Shown here in pieces: positions 37,270-46,378 of a stretch of 64,000 bases of DNA (its first letter is position 1; each line of letters starts with the position of its first letter). Source of the stretch: Gemmatimonadota bacterium. GTDB lineage: Bacteria; Gemmatimonadota; Gemmatimonadetes; Gemmatimonadales; Gemmatimonadaceae. The notes beneath the pieces were generated by a model. That model had not been told where the DNA came from and did no database searches. It saw nothing but the letters and a program-made list of their open reading frames with translations. The translations under genes were made by a program, and so were the position numbers. The DNA lies in assembly GCA_014192065.1 (NCBI GenBank), contig BJHH01000003.1, forward strand, positions 248,751 to 312,750, in the 5' to 3' direction.

Positions 37270-39063
37270 CTAGCGAAGCCCGATTTTTCGGCGCAGAATC
37301 CATTCCGCGCAGAGGGCAGCGAGCGCGATAGCGTAGAGCCACCAGGCGCTACGCGCCTGAGGCGCGCGGCCCATCGCGGCCGCGTTGCCGATTGCGCCCG
37401 CCTGCACGGATGGGCGTCGCGGGATCCACTCACTCGACGCGTTCACCGCCAGCAGCCCTTCGGAATCGTCAATATTTGTGGTGTAGACACCTGCGGCCAT
37501 CGGCTCAGTTTCGGTGTATGTGCTGCCGGTACCGAAGCGAAGCTGGATGGTATCCGGCGCCTGCCCACCGCGGCGACTGAGCACCACCAGCGCGCTCGAG
37601 TCACGCATGCCGCCACGGCGCCAACGAATTGGTTCGCCGACACGACTCCACGACGCGGCCGGGCGCGGACCACGCAGATCCACGGTTTCCCCGGCGAGCC
37701 AGTCAAAAATCGATCCCCAGAGCGAGACAAAGGTGTCGGCCGTGCGGCCGCCACGAAAACGCCAGCGCCAGAGGCCCGCAGCCGGCACGATGACGGTGCG
37801 ATTCGGCGTCGTCGACCCGACAATCACTTGACGTTCGTCGAGCCGCCGTCCGCGCTTGGCCGTGAGTGCGGTCCACTCAGACTCGCGCGGCGATTCGCCG
37901 ACTTCGATCGGAGGAAGCGAGTCCCAAGGCAGCGTCGAAAAGGTGCCGAGCAGCGGCGACGGCGGCGACGACGTGGGGTAATACTCGTCACCACGTGCGA
38001 CCGGCGGCGCGATGAGCGCAAGTGCGCCCCGCGCATACGAGCGCGGCGGGCCAAATACCGCGGTGTCGCCGTGAATGACGACGATCGGCGCTTCGCTCAT
38101 CGAGCGCTTCACCTCTTCCTCAGGGACCGCAGCGAGCGAGCCATCCACACGCCACTGCCCTGGTGCCACGCGGTAATAGCCACGCGTCGGGACGGCGAGC
38201 GTACCGCGCAGCACATCCAATGCGTAGCGGGCGTCGAAGTCTGGCGCGGTCGAAGCGAACACTGCCGAGGCGCCGGCGGCCACATCCAGCGTCGCATACA
38301 GCGTATCGTTGCGCGCGAGGGCATCGCCCGACGCCGTCACGAGCACACGCACCAAGCGCTGCCCCGCCTTCGGGCCGACATGTACACGCCAGCGCACCTC
38401 GCGCTCAGCGAACGGTGCCATGGAATCGATCGTGGTTGCGGCCACGGACGCGCCATCAATCGAGAGATCCACCGCACCGGCCGCGGACCCGCCGCTACCC
38501 GCCGCGATCACGGCGGTGAAATCGACCGAATCGCCCGTGACCGCGGCGCCTGGGCCGCCGAACGAAGCCAACGCGGCATCACGGCTGGAGCCTCCGTCCA
38601 CGATCACGATGGCAGACCCACTCGGCAGTTCGCTCAGTCGCTCAGGATCGTCGATGCGGCCGTCGGTGACCAGTGTGACCGCGCGGCCCGCACCCAAGGC
38701 CCGCTCGATGAGCGGCCCGACACGGGTCATGACGTCGGCGGGTCGCTCGGGCGCCTTGCCGGCCCGCACGCTGTCTCCAACGAGCAGGACGGTGTCGGTG
38801 GCCACAGAGTCGGCGGCGCGCCTGGCACGTGTCCAGAGCGTCGTATCACCAGACGCCAGCCAGCTCACGGAGGCGTCAACGGCGACGTATGGCCGGCCCG
38901 CACTGCTCCAGCCGATGGGTGCGTTGAGCATGAGCGCCAGGACGATGACGACGGCGACGGCACGGAGCGCCTGCAGCCCGTAGGCGTGCCGGGCGCCGGC
39001 GAGGCGGTACTGGAATACCGCGAATGCGGCGCCCCCGATGAGGGCGATAATCCACGAGAGCAT
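37270..39063 (-). CDS. Hypothetical membrane protein (N-terminal double TM plus C-terminal TM anchor)
   Basis: 597 aa. N-terminus MLSWIIALIGGAAFAVFQYR..LRAVAVVIVLALMLNAP (two helices). C-terminus WWLYAIALAALCAEWILRRKIGLR (one helix). The large middle part is soluble. This resembles BatA-like / N-terminal double-transmembrane-domain proteins, but no family could be confirmed by eye. Confidence 0.6.
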   Translation of the reverse strand: MLSWIIALIGGAAFAVFQYRLAGARHAYGLQALRAVAVVIVLALMLNAPIGWSSAGRPYVAVDASVSWLASGDTTLWTRARRAADSVATDTVLLVGDSVRAGKAPERPADVMTRVGPLIERALGAGRAVTLVTDGRIDDPERLSELPSGSAIVIVDGGSSRDAALASFGGPGAAVTGDSVDFTAVIAAGSGGSAAGAVDLSIDGASVAATTIDSMAPFAEREVRWRVHVGPKAGQRLVRVLVTASGDALARNDTLYATLDVAAGASAVFASTAPDFDARYALDVLRGTLAVPTRGYYRVAPGQWRVDGSLAAVPEEEVKRSMSEAPIVVIHGDTAVFGPPRSYARGALALIAPPVARGDEYYPTSSPPSPLLGTFSTLPWDSLPPIEVGESPRESEWTALTAKRGRRLDERQVIVGSTTPNRTVIVPAAGLWRWRFRGGRTADTFVSLWGSIFDWLAGETVDLRGPRPAASWSRVGEPIRWRRGGMRDSSALVVLSRRGGQAPDTIQLRFGTGSTYTETEPMAAGVYTTNIDDSEGLLAVNASSEWIPRRPSVQAGAIGNAAAMGRAPQARSAWWLYAIALAALCAEWILRRKIGLR

Positions 39064-39074
39064 CGGACAAAGTT

Positions 39075-39107
39075 ACGCGGCGGCAACCGTAATGGCTGCC
39101 GCCGCGT
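39075..39107 (-). terminator. Strong GC-rich hairpin downstream of ftsZ (candidate terminator or mRNA stabiliser)
   Basis: Minus-strand RNA: ACGCGGCGGCAGCC-AUUAC-GGUUGCCGCCGCGU. This is a 14-bp stem with one G-U pair and a 5-nt loop, followed by AACUUUGU (weak U tract). It ends only 11 nt before the ATG of the next gene (39063). Confidence 0.4.
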
Positions 39108-39126
39108 GCCTGCCAGATCAACGCTT

Positions 39127-39190
39127 GCCGGGAGCCTGCCGGCTGAAGATGCTTCTGGCGGATGAAATCTGGGCCGGGAGCCTGCCGGCT
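39127..39190. repeat. Two exact 18-nt direct repeats (gccgggagcctgccggct), 46 nt apart
   Basis: Copy 1 is 39127..39144. Copy 2 is 39173..39190 and touches the ftsZ stop codon (39190..39192). Each copy contains an internal dyad (GCCGG/CCGGC). Confidence 0.75.
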
Positions 39191-40404
39191 CAGTCCATCT
39201 GTCTCCGAATGAAAGTCGGGATTTCGAGATCGTCCATGTCGAGGGCTGGTCGGCGGTCTGGCGCCGCGGTCGCGCGCCGCATCGCCGGCACGGCACTGCC
39301 CGTGTTCGCCTGTCCACCCTGGAACGCGCTGCCAATGGCGGGCCGCGGACGCGCGCCGTCGATCGGGATGACCGGCGTACCGCCACTCACAAAGGGCGTC
39401 CGGTTGCCCGGCGTGTGGGTCGCGGAGCGGGCCGTGGTGTTCGGACGGGCGAAGCCGGTCGCCACGACCGTGACGCGGATCTCGCCGAGCATCGAGGGCT
39501 CCTGCACCGCACCGAAGATGATTTCGGCGTCGTCGCCAGCCGCGTCGTGAATCACGTCGGCAATGGCGGTGACTTCACCGAGCGTCAGGTCGGGGCCGCC
39601 GGTGACGTTGAGGAGCACGCCGGTCGCGCCGGCGATCTGGACGTTGTCGAGGAGTGGGCTGGAGATGGCCTCGCGCGCCGCCGTCATGGCGCGGTCCTCG
39701 CCACGGCCGATACCGGTACCCATCAGGGCTGCGCCGCCGTCCTTCATAACCGTCCGAACGTCGGCATAGTCCACGTTGATCATGCCGACGCCAGAAATGA
39801 TGTTCGAAATGCCGCTCGTGGCGTGCAGGAGCACCTCATCGGCCTTCTTGAGGGCGTCCTGGAAGGGGATGTTCTTCCCCACCACGGCGAGGAGCCGTTC
39901 GTTAGGCACGACGATCATCGTGTCCACGTACTTGCTCATTTCGATGATCCCTTCTTCGGCCTGACGGATGCGCTTGCGGCCTTCGAAGAGGAACGGCTTC
40001 GTGACGATGCCTACGGTGAGTGCGCCGGCCTCGCGGGCCAGCTCGCAGATGATCGGCGCCGCGCCGGTGCCCGTGCCGCCGCCCATGCCGCAGGTGACAA
40101 ACACGAGGTCGGCGTTGGCCAGCACGCGGCTCACATCCTCGCGATTCTCATCGATCGCCTGGCGCCCGATTTCCGGGCGTGCACCGGCGCCGAGACCGCG
40201 AGTGAGCTTTTTGCCGATCTGGATCTTGATGTCGGACTTTGAGCTGAGGAGCGCCTGCGCGTCGGTGTTGACCGAAATGAACTCGACACCGCTCAGCGCC
40301 TCGTCGATCATGCGATTGACGGCATTGCCGCCACCGCCACCGACGCCAACAACCTTCATGCGGGCGCTTTGCGTCGGCGTGTCCTCGAACTCAAAAATGC
40401 TCAT
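39190..40404 (-). CDS. ftsZ: Cell division protein FtsZ
   Basis: 404 aa. Contains the tubulin signature GGGTGTGAAP, plus NTDAQAL and the C-terminal conserved peptide DDLEIPTFIRRQ. Confidence 0.96.
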   Translation of the reverse strand: MSIFEFEDTPTQSARMKVVGVGGGGGNAVNRMIDEALSGVEFISVNTDAQALLSSKSDIKIQIGKKLTRGLGAGARPEIGRQAIDENREDVSRVLANADLVFVTCGMGGGTGTGAAPIICELAREAGALTVGIVTKPFLFEGRKRIRQAEEGIIEMSKYVDTMIVVPNERLLAVVGKNIPFQDALKKADEVLLHATSGISNIISGVGMINVDYADVRTVMKDGGAALMGTGIGRGEDRAMTAAREAISSPLLDNVQIAGATGVLLNVTGGPDLTLGEVTAIADVIHDAAGDDAEIIFGAVQEPSMLGEIRVTVVATGFARPNTTARSATHTPGNRTPFVSGGTPVIPIDGARPRPAIGSAFQGGQANTGSAVPAMRRATAAPDRRPALDMDDLEIPTFIRRQMD

Positions 40405-40642
40405 CGGCGCGATAGTGGAATGTGTGAGGGAGACAAATGATAACGTGCCGACTGAAGGTACAACAGCGAGCGGACAGCGAACCCTTCACGTCACGCGGTG
40501 CTTTACGGTTCACCGCCCGCGCTATACGTGGTAGTGACGAGCGAACAGCTGAAAAGGCAAAGCGGCCGCACGCGGACAATTGTCCACATACGGCCGGTGC
40601 TATCAGGGTTGTGATGCGGCCTCGGTTTAGGCCAGCCCCGAC

Positions 40643-41911
40643 CTAAAAGAAATCCTGCAACCAGGTCTTTACGCGCTGCCCAAGCTTGTCCATTGACGGC
40701 GTCGCGCCCGACATCGAGATACGGCGACCCTTGGACATCGCCCCGCCAAGTGCCACACGGTGCGCTCCGTACTGGACCAATCCGACGACCGTCGAGAAAC
40801 GCGCATGCGCCACGTTGTCCGCCAGTCCGCCCAAGAACTCGCCGGGTAGACCGATCCGGGCGCCGGTCCCAAACACGTCGCTCGCCAGTTCGGCCGTGCC
40901 CGGCTGGGCCGCAGCGCCGCCAGTCACCACGACGCCAGCCGCAAGTTTCTTGATATAGCCAGCCTGCTGCACTTCTCGGCAGACCATTTCGAAGACTTCA
41001 GAGGTACGCTGGTGCATGATGTGCGCCAACAGCTCGCGCGGGATTTGCCGATCGCCCTGCGCCACCGTACTTGGCAGATGGATGACATCGGCGCGGTCCA
41101 CCATCGGCTCGTAAACGCAGCCGTACTGCTCCTTGATCTTCTCGGCGTCGGCCTGCGTGACGCCAAGTCCGTGCACAATGTCGGCGGTGACGTTCACGCC
41201 GCCCAGCCCGATTGTGCCGAGGTGGCGGATCTTTCCTTCGTGAAAGACGGCGACGTCGGTCGTGCCCGCGCCCATCTCCACAAGGCAGACGCCCAGTTCT
41301 TTTTCGTCATCGGTGAGCACGGCCAGCGCGGACGCCAACGGCTCAAGCACCAGCTCTCCGACCTTGTACCCGGCCCGCTCGACTGCCTTACGGAGGTTCA
41401 TGGCCGGACTGGAGCCGATCGTGACGAGGTACATCTCCGTCTCGAGGCGCGTGCCGATCATGCCGATCGGGTCGCGCACGCCGATGTTTTTGTCGACCGC
41501 GTATTCCTGCGGAATCGCGTGAATCAGTTCCCGGTCCTGCGAAATTGGCTGTGCCCGTGCGACGGCGTTGGCGCGGTCGATGTCGGCGCGCGAAATCTCG
41601 GAGCCCGTCACCGAGGCGATGCCCGTCGAGGTCATCGCTTGCACGTGCTCGCCTGCGATGCCGGCGTACACCGTGGTCACCTTGACGCCGGCCATCCGCT
41701 CGGCGTCTTCGAGCGCCTTCCTGATGGAGCGAGTCGACTCTTCGATGTCAGCGACGACGTTGCGGCGCAGTCCGGTCGTCTTGGCCTGCCCCACGCCGAG
41801 GATCTTCACCGTCGGATGCTTGGGCAGATCACCAACGACCTCGGCGATCACCGCCGTGGTCTTGGCCGATCCGATATCGAGTCCGGCTACGAAGTTTTCG
41901 TTCTTGCTCAT
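40643..41911 (-). CDS. ftsA: Cell division protein FtsA
   Basis: 422 aa actin-like ATPase (VAGLDIGSAKT, EMGAGTTDVAVF, VVVTGGAA). The C-terminal amphipathic helix is KVKTWLQDFF. Confidence 0.95.
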   Translation of the reverse strand: MSKNENFVAGLDIGSAKTTAVIAEVVGDLPKHPTVKILGVGQAKTTGLRRNVVADIEESTRSIRKALEDAERMAGVKVTTVYAGIAGEHVQAMTSTGIASVTGSEISRADIDRANAVARAQPISQDRELIHAIPQEYAVDKNIGVRDPIGMIGTRLETEMYLVTIGSSPAMNLRKAVERAGYKVGELVLEPLASALAVLTDDEKELGVCLVEMGAGTTDVAVFHEGKIRHLGTIGLGGVNVTADIVHGLGVTQADAEKIKEQYGCVYEPMVDRADVIHLPSTVAQGDRQIPRELLAHIMHQRTSEVFEMVCREVQQAGYIKKLAAGVVVTGGAAAQPGTAELASDVFGTGARIGLPGEFLGGLADNVAHARFSTVVGLVQYGAHRVALGGAMSKGRRISMSGATPSMDKLGQRVKTWLQDFF

Positions 41912-42648
41912 GGCAGTCTGGCGATGACCTGGTCGCGGTAGCGCAAATCGAGCTCGGTGGCCGTGGCATTGCGCCGCGCCAAGTCCTGCTCGACGGGAAT
42001 GATCTCTGACAATCGCTGCACAGTGAGGTCCGCTGACGCGAGCACCACGCGCGCCGCCGGTTCGTTCAGGCGAATCGCGAGGTCCCCGGCCGGCGTCCGC
42101 CTGACATCGCCGATGCGGGCGAAGACCAACGGCAGTGCCTCCTGGACTTCCCCGAGCAATCGCAGCGCCAGCGTGTCGCGGCTGCGGAGCACGGGCAGAT
42201 CCACGTCGACAGCGGTGGGATCAACCGGCAATGTGCGCCCGGCCGCGTCCACCGCCACCAGTCCTCCGGAAACCTGAATGAGCGCAACCGGCGGATTTTC
42301 CGTGACCCTAATGACGAGCGTGCCCGGCAGCTTGCGCTCGATGCGCACATCGCGCACCGACGGATGCACCCGAACCCGTTCTTCTAACGGCCCGACGTCG
42401 TCCCACACGGACGCCGACGAGTCGACCCTCAATCGCGAAACGATCTCATCGGGGCTCGCGTAACGCGCGCCAAGCACTTCCACGCGGCGCACGCGGAAAA
42501 AGTCGAGGTTTGACAGCACCGGCCGGTACCACCACGGGCTACTGAGGATCGCGACACCAGCCACGAGCATGCCGATGGAGCGCAGTCGCCGGCGCCAGCG
42601 CGAGCGAACCAGCGGGGTGCTGCCCTGCGCCTCGCCCATGTCCGTCAT
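41908..42648 (-). CDS. ftsQ: Cell division protein FtsQ
   Basis: 246 aa. Single TM segment (IGMLVAGVAILSSPWW), then a POTRA-like segment (FRVRRVEVLGARYASPDEIV). Position between murC and ftsA. ATGA overlaps on both sides. Confidence 0.85.
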   Translation of the reverse strand: MTDMGEAQGSTPLVRSRWRRRLRSIGMLVAGVAILSSPWWYRPVLSNLDFFRVRRVEVLGARYASPDEIVSRLRVDSSASVWDDVGPLEERVRVHPSVRDVRIERKLPGTLVIRVTENPPVALIQVSGGLVAVDAAGRTLPVDPTAVDVDLPVLRSRDTLALRLLGEVQEALPLVFARIGDVRRTPAGDLAIRLNEPAARVVLASADLTVQRLSEIIPVEQDLARRNATATELDLRYRDQVIARLP

Positions 42649-44033
42649 GCGGTGCCCTGCCGCAGGAGCGAGAGGAGTTCGGGGCCGGTTCTCGTGATGT
42701 CGCCGGCGCCGATCGTGATGACCACGTCACCGGTGGTGACCGACGCCTTCAGGTTGGAGGCCAGCTCGGCGCGCGGCCCCCGCCAGGCTGGTGCCTTGCC
42801 GGCATCGGCCATCTGGTCGGCGATGAGCGCGCTCGTCACACCGCGCATTGGCTGTTCGCGTGCGGGATAGATGTCGGCCAGCCAGGTCTCGTCGGCCGCG
42901 CAGAGCGCATCCGCGAACTCGGCTGCAAAATCTTTCGTGCGCGAGAAGAGGTGCGGTTGGAACGCCGCGATGATCCGCCGGCCCGGGTACGCGAGGCGGG
43001 CCGCGGCGAGCGTGGCGCGAATCTCCGTCGGATGATGGGCGTAGTCGTCGATCACCGACACACCACGGGCGTCGCCAAGCCGTTCGAAGCGTCGTTCGAC
43101 GCCGCGGAAGTTGGCGAGGCCGCGCGCGAGCAGCTCGACCGATGCGCCCCAGCTCCCGACGCCAACGGCAATCGCGGCTAGGGCGTTAAGAACGTTGTGC
43201 GTGCCGGGCACCGAGAGAACCACACGCCCCATCGGCTTTCCGTCGAACACCACGTCGAACGCCGAGCCGCCATCCACCGCCGTCACGTTGCGGGCGACGA
43301 GACGCGCATCGGGACTCTCGATGCCGTAGCGCAGGACTTCCGCGGTCGTGGGCGAGGGCAGCAGGTTGGCCCACCGGTCGTCGGCACAGATCACCAGCCA
43401 GCGCGACCGCGCGCTGAACGTTGCAAAGGTGTCGCGGATGTCGTCGAGATCCTTGTAGATGTCGAGGTGGTCCGCCTCGATGTTGGTGACCACGGCCACC
43501 TGCGGGTCGAGCGCGAGGAACGACCGATCATACTCGTCGGCCTCGACCGCGAACACCTGGTCGGCGCCCTGGCTCAGATTGCCACCCCAGGCGCGCACGC
43601 GCGCTCCGACGACGCCTGTCGCATCGATACCAGCGCCCTTGAGGGCTTCAGTCACCATGACCGTCGTGGTGGATTTGCCGTGCGTGCCCGCCACCGCGAC
43701 GAGCCGCTGCCCGCCAGCGGTGGCCTCGGCCAGCGCCTCGGCGCGACGGACGACCGCAATGCCAAGCGCTCGAGCGCGCACGATTTCGGGATGGTCTTTC
43801 GGAATCGCCGAACTCACGACCAGTGCGCGGTGCCCGCCGAGGTGCGACGCGTCGTGCCCATGGCGCACCTGGATGCCGAGGCGTTCGAGATCGCCCGCCT
43901 GGTCCGCCGCGTGGTCGCAGCCGGTGACCGTCGCGCCCCGCCGGACGCAGAGCTCCGCCAACGCGCTCATGCCGGCGCCGGCGATGCCCATGAAATGAAT
44001 CGGACGCGAGTCCTTGGGATCAATCAGCGACAT
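42645..44033 (-). CDS. murC: UDP-N-acetylmuramate--L-alanine ligase
   Basis: 462 aa from ATG 44033 (MSLIDPKDSRPIHFMGIAGAGMSALAE). Mur ligase P-loop VAGTHGKSTT. The ORF-track start (44243) is over-extended into murG. Confidence 0.93.
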   Translation of the reverse strand: MSLIDPKDSRPIHFMGIAGAGMSALAELCVRRGATVTGCDHAADQAGDLERLGIQVRHGHDASHLGGHRALVVSSAIPKDHPEIVRARALGIAVVRRAEALAEATAGGQRLVAVAGTHGKSTTTVMVTEALKGAGIDATGVVGARVRAWGGNLSQGADQVFAVEADEYDRSFLALDPQVAVVTNIEADHLDIYKDLDDIRDTFATFSARSRWLVICADDRWANLLPSPTTAEVLRYGIESPDARLVARNVTAVDGGSAFDVVFDGKPMGRVVLSVPGTHNVLNALAAIAVGVGSWGASVELLARGLANFRGVERRFERLGDARGVSVIDDYAHHPTEIRATLAAARLAYPGRRIIAAFQPHLFSRTKDFAAEFADALCAADETWLADIYPAREQPMRGVTSALIADQMADAGKAPAWRGPRAELASNLKASVTTGDVVITIGAGDITRTGPELLSLLRQGTA

Positions 44034-45129
44034 GCGAGCCCTTCGATCTGGCGAATGCGAGAATGTGGCCAGCGATATCATCGGCGGCGTTCGGACGCGC
44101 GCGCAGCAGCGCGTGCCGTGACAACGTGCCAAGCCGGTCCGGAGCGGCAAGCAACGCGCCCAGGTCCGCACCGAGCCGTTCGGGCGAGAGCTGCGACTGG
44201 GGAAGATGGATCGCCGCGCCCGCACGCTCGAGCGCGCGCGCATTGGACGTCTGATGGTCGTGTGCCGCGCTGGGCAACGGACAGATGATCATCGGGAGGC
44301 CCCATGCGCACCCCTCAGAGGTGCTCATCATGCCGCCACGCACGAGCGCCAGATCGGCCGCCGCGTACGCGTCTGCGATCGGCGAGAGATACGGTAGCAC
44401 GCGAACGTCTGCGCGATCGCATCCCTGGTAGAGATCGTACTGGCCCTTCCCCGTCGCCCAGATGACGCAGAGCGACGACGGGAGTCCGCGTTCGATCAAT
44501 CCGAGCGTGGCGACGTTCAGCGCGCGCGCACCCTGGCTGCCGCCGAACACGAGCAGCACCCGCGCCGACGGCGGAAAGCCAAACTTTGCCTTGGCCTCAG
44601 CGGCGGCCAGCCGGATCTGCGGCGGTGGCTCAATCGGGTTGCCGGTGTCACGATAGATGCACCGGCCTTTCGGTAGCGATGCCTGCGCCTCAGGAAAGCC
44701 GAGGTAGGCCTCGGCTGAGAATCGCGCGAAGAACCGCGCCGTGGCACCCGGATAACTGTCGCCGATGTGCTGCACAATTGGGACGCCGTGTGCCGCCGAC
44801 CAGGCCAGCGCGACGGCGCTCGCGTATCCGCCCGTGCCGACGATCAGATCCGGCCGGAACTCGGCGGCCACGCGACCGATGTCGCGCCACGCCGACAGGC
44901 CGCCGCGCAGTGTGTGGAGATTGCTGAGCAGCTGGCTGCGATAGAACGGATGCGCATCGACGAGGGTGTGGGCAAACTCGGTGCCCGGCAGCACATCGCG
45001 TTCGATGCCGCGTCGCGCGCCGAGAAAATGGGCGCGCATCGCCGCGTTACGCCGCCGCATCGCGCGCGCGATCGCGAGTGCCGGGTACAGGTGTCCTCCC
45101 GTGCCGCCGCCTGCGAAGAAGACGTTCAT
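44020..45129 (-). CDS. murG: UDP-N-acetylglucosamine--N-acetylmuramyl-(pentapeptide) pyrophosphoryl-undecaprenol N-acetylglucosamine transferase
   Basis: 369 aa. Start MNVFFAGGGTGGHLYPALAIA, plus LLVFGGSQGA and the HQTSNA motif. Confidence 0.93.
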   Translation of the reverse strand: MNVFFAGGGTGGHLYPALAIARAMRRRNAAMRAHFLGARRGIERDVLPGTEFAHTLVDAHPFYRSQLLSNLHTLRGGLSAWRDIGRVAAEFRPDLIVGTGGYASAVALAWSAAHGVPIVQHIGDSYPGATARFFARFSAEAYLGFPEAQASLPKGRCIYRDTGNPIEPPPQIRLAAAEAKAKFGFPPSARVLLVFGGSQGARALNVATLGLIERGLPSSLCVIWATGKGQYDLYQGCDRADVRVLPYLSPIADAYAAADLALVRGGMMSTSEGCAWGLPMIICPLPSAAHDHQTSNARALERAGAAIHLPQSQLSPERLGADLGALLAAPDRLGTLSRHALLRARPNAADDIAGHILAFARSKGSHVAD

Positions 45130-45145
45130 CGAGTGCCCGGTGCGA

Positions 45146-46378
45146 TCAGAGCCGGCCCGTCGACGGCTCCAGCGGATTCGTCGCGCTGACGCCGATCAGC
45201 CGTTCGCGCACGCTGCCGATGTTCACGAGGATGCCCGTCATGAGCATCGACAGGATCAGATTGGAGCGGCCATACGAGATGAACGGCAGGGTGAGTCCGG
45301 TCGTTGGCAGTAGCCCGGTCACGACGCCGAGGTGCAGATACGCCGTCACCAGCATGGTCACCGTCAGACCGATCGCCACGAGCTGCCGGAACTGGGTCTC
45401 CGCCTTCTTCGCGATGCGGAACCCGAGCCAACCCCAGGTCGCGTAAAGAATCGTCACGCCCGCGATACCGATGAATCCCCACTCCTCGCCGATGGTCGCG
45501 CCGATAAAATCGTCGTACGATAGCGGGAGATAGCCGTTCTGCTGACGGCCCTCTCCGAACCCGACGCCAAAAAATCCGCCCGACCCGACGGCGATCAGCG
45601 ACTGTTTGAGTTGATAGTTGACGGTCTCATGCGCCACGCTGGCCGCATCGGCGAAACCGAGGAGTCGCTCCATCACATACTGGAGGCGTTGCGCTTTTTC
45701 CCAGACGATCGGCACGCTCAGGAACGCGAGCAGCACGAAGTGGCCGATGCGTCCACCGGCGGCAAAGACGATGATGCCCATCTGGAGTCCGAAGAAAATC
45801 ACCACGGAGAGATCGGGCTCAAGCGCGGCCATCACCCCCAGCGCTCCGATCACCAGCGCGATCGGCAGCATGCCCTTCGAGAAGCGGCGCATCTGCTCAC
45901 CCTTCTTCACCACGAGCATCGATGTCCAGATCACGACGGCGAGCTTGGCAAACTCCGACGGCTGCACCGATCCGCCAAAAAGGAACCGACGCGCGCCAAG
46001 AATCGGTGGCGCGATGGCGCGCGTGAACGGCAGCACCGTGAGCAACATCCCGATCATCGCGCAGACCATGAGGTGCCAAGCGTACTTACGCCAGAGCTCA
46101 GCATCGACTTTCGCGGCGACCGCGAAGATGATGGTGCCGATTCCGACCCCGGAGAGTTGCTTCACCAGGAAGTACGCGCTGCTCTTGCCGATCTCCACCG
46201 ATTTGAACGCGCTGGCGCTGTAGAGCGTGGCCAGGCCGAATGCGAGCAGGACCGCACTGACGAGCATCAAGGCCCGTGCTTCGACGTCGATACGCCAACG
46301 GGTGCGTGCCTGCGACGGCGCGTGGGCGCTCGGGCCTGCGGGCCCAAATCCCGCGCCGGGAACCGCGATCGACGTCAC
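45146..46378 (-). CDS. ftsW: SEDS-family cell division protein FtsW
   Basis: 410 aa polytopic protein. Contains SEFAKLAVVIW and LPTTGLTLPFISYGRSN, the SEDS signatures. Position between murD and murG. Confidence 0.9.
   Translation of the reverse strand: MTSIAVPGAGFGPAGPSAHAPSQARTRWRIDVEARALMLVSAVLLAFGLATLYSASAFKSVEIGKSSAYFLVKQLSGVGIGTIIFAVAAKVDAELWRKYAWHLMVCAMIGMLLTVLPFTRAIAPPILGARRFLFGGSVQPSEFAKLAVVIWTSMLVVKKGEQMRRFSKGMLPIALVIGALGVMAALEPDLSVVIFFGLQMGIIVFAAGGRIGHFVLLAFLSVPIVWEKAQRLQYVMERLLGFADAASVAHETVNYQLKQSLIAVGSGGFFGVGFGEGRQQNGYLPLSYDDFIGATIGEEWGFIGIAGVTILYATWGWLGFRIAKKAETQFRQLVAIGLTVTMLVTAYLHLGVVTGLLPTTGLTLPFISYGRSNLILSMLMTGILVNIGSVRERLIGVSATNPLEPSTGRL

Noticed and set aside
36985-39165. 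726-aa plus-strand ORF antisense to ftsY and the 597-aa membrane protein gene
   Set aside because: It crosses a gene boundary and the ftsZ-proximal hairpin region. Its extreme Arg/Gly content makes it an artefact.
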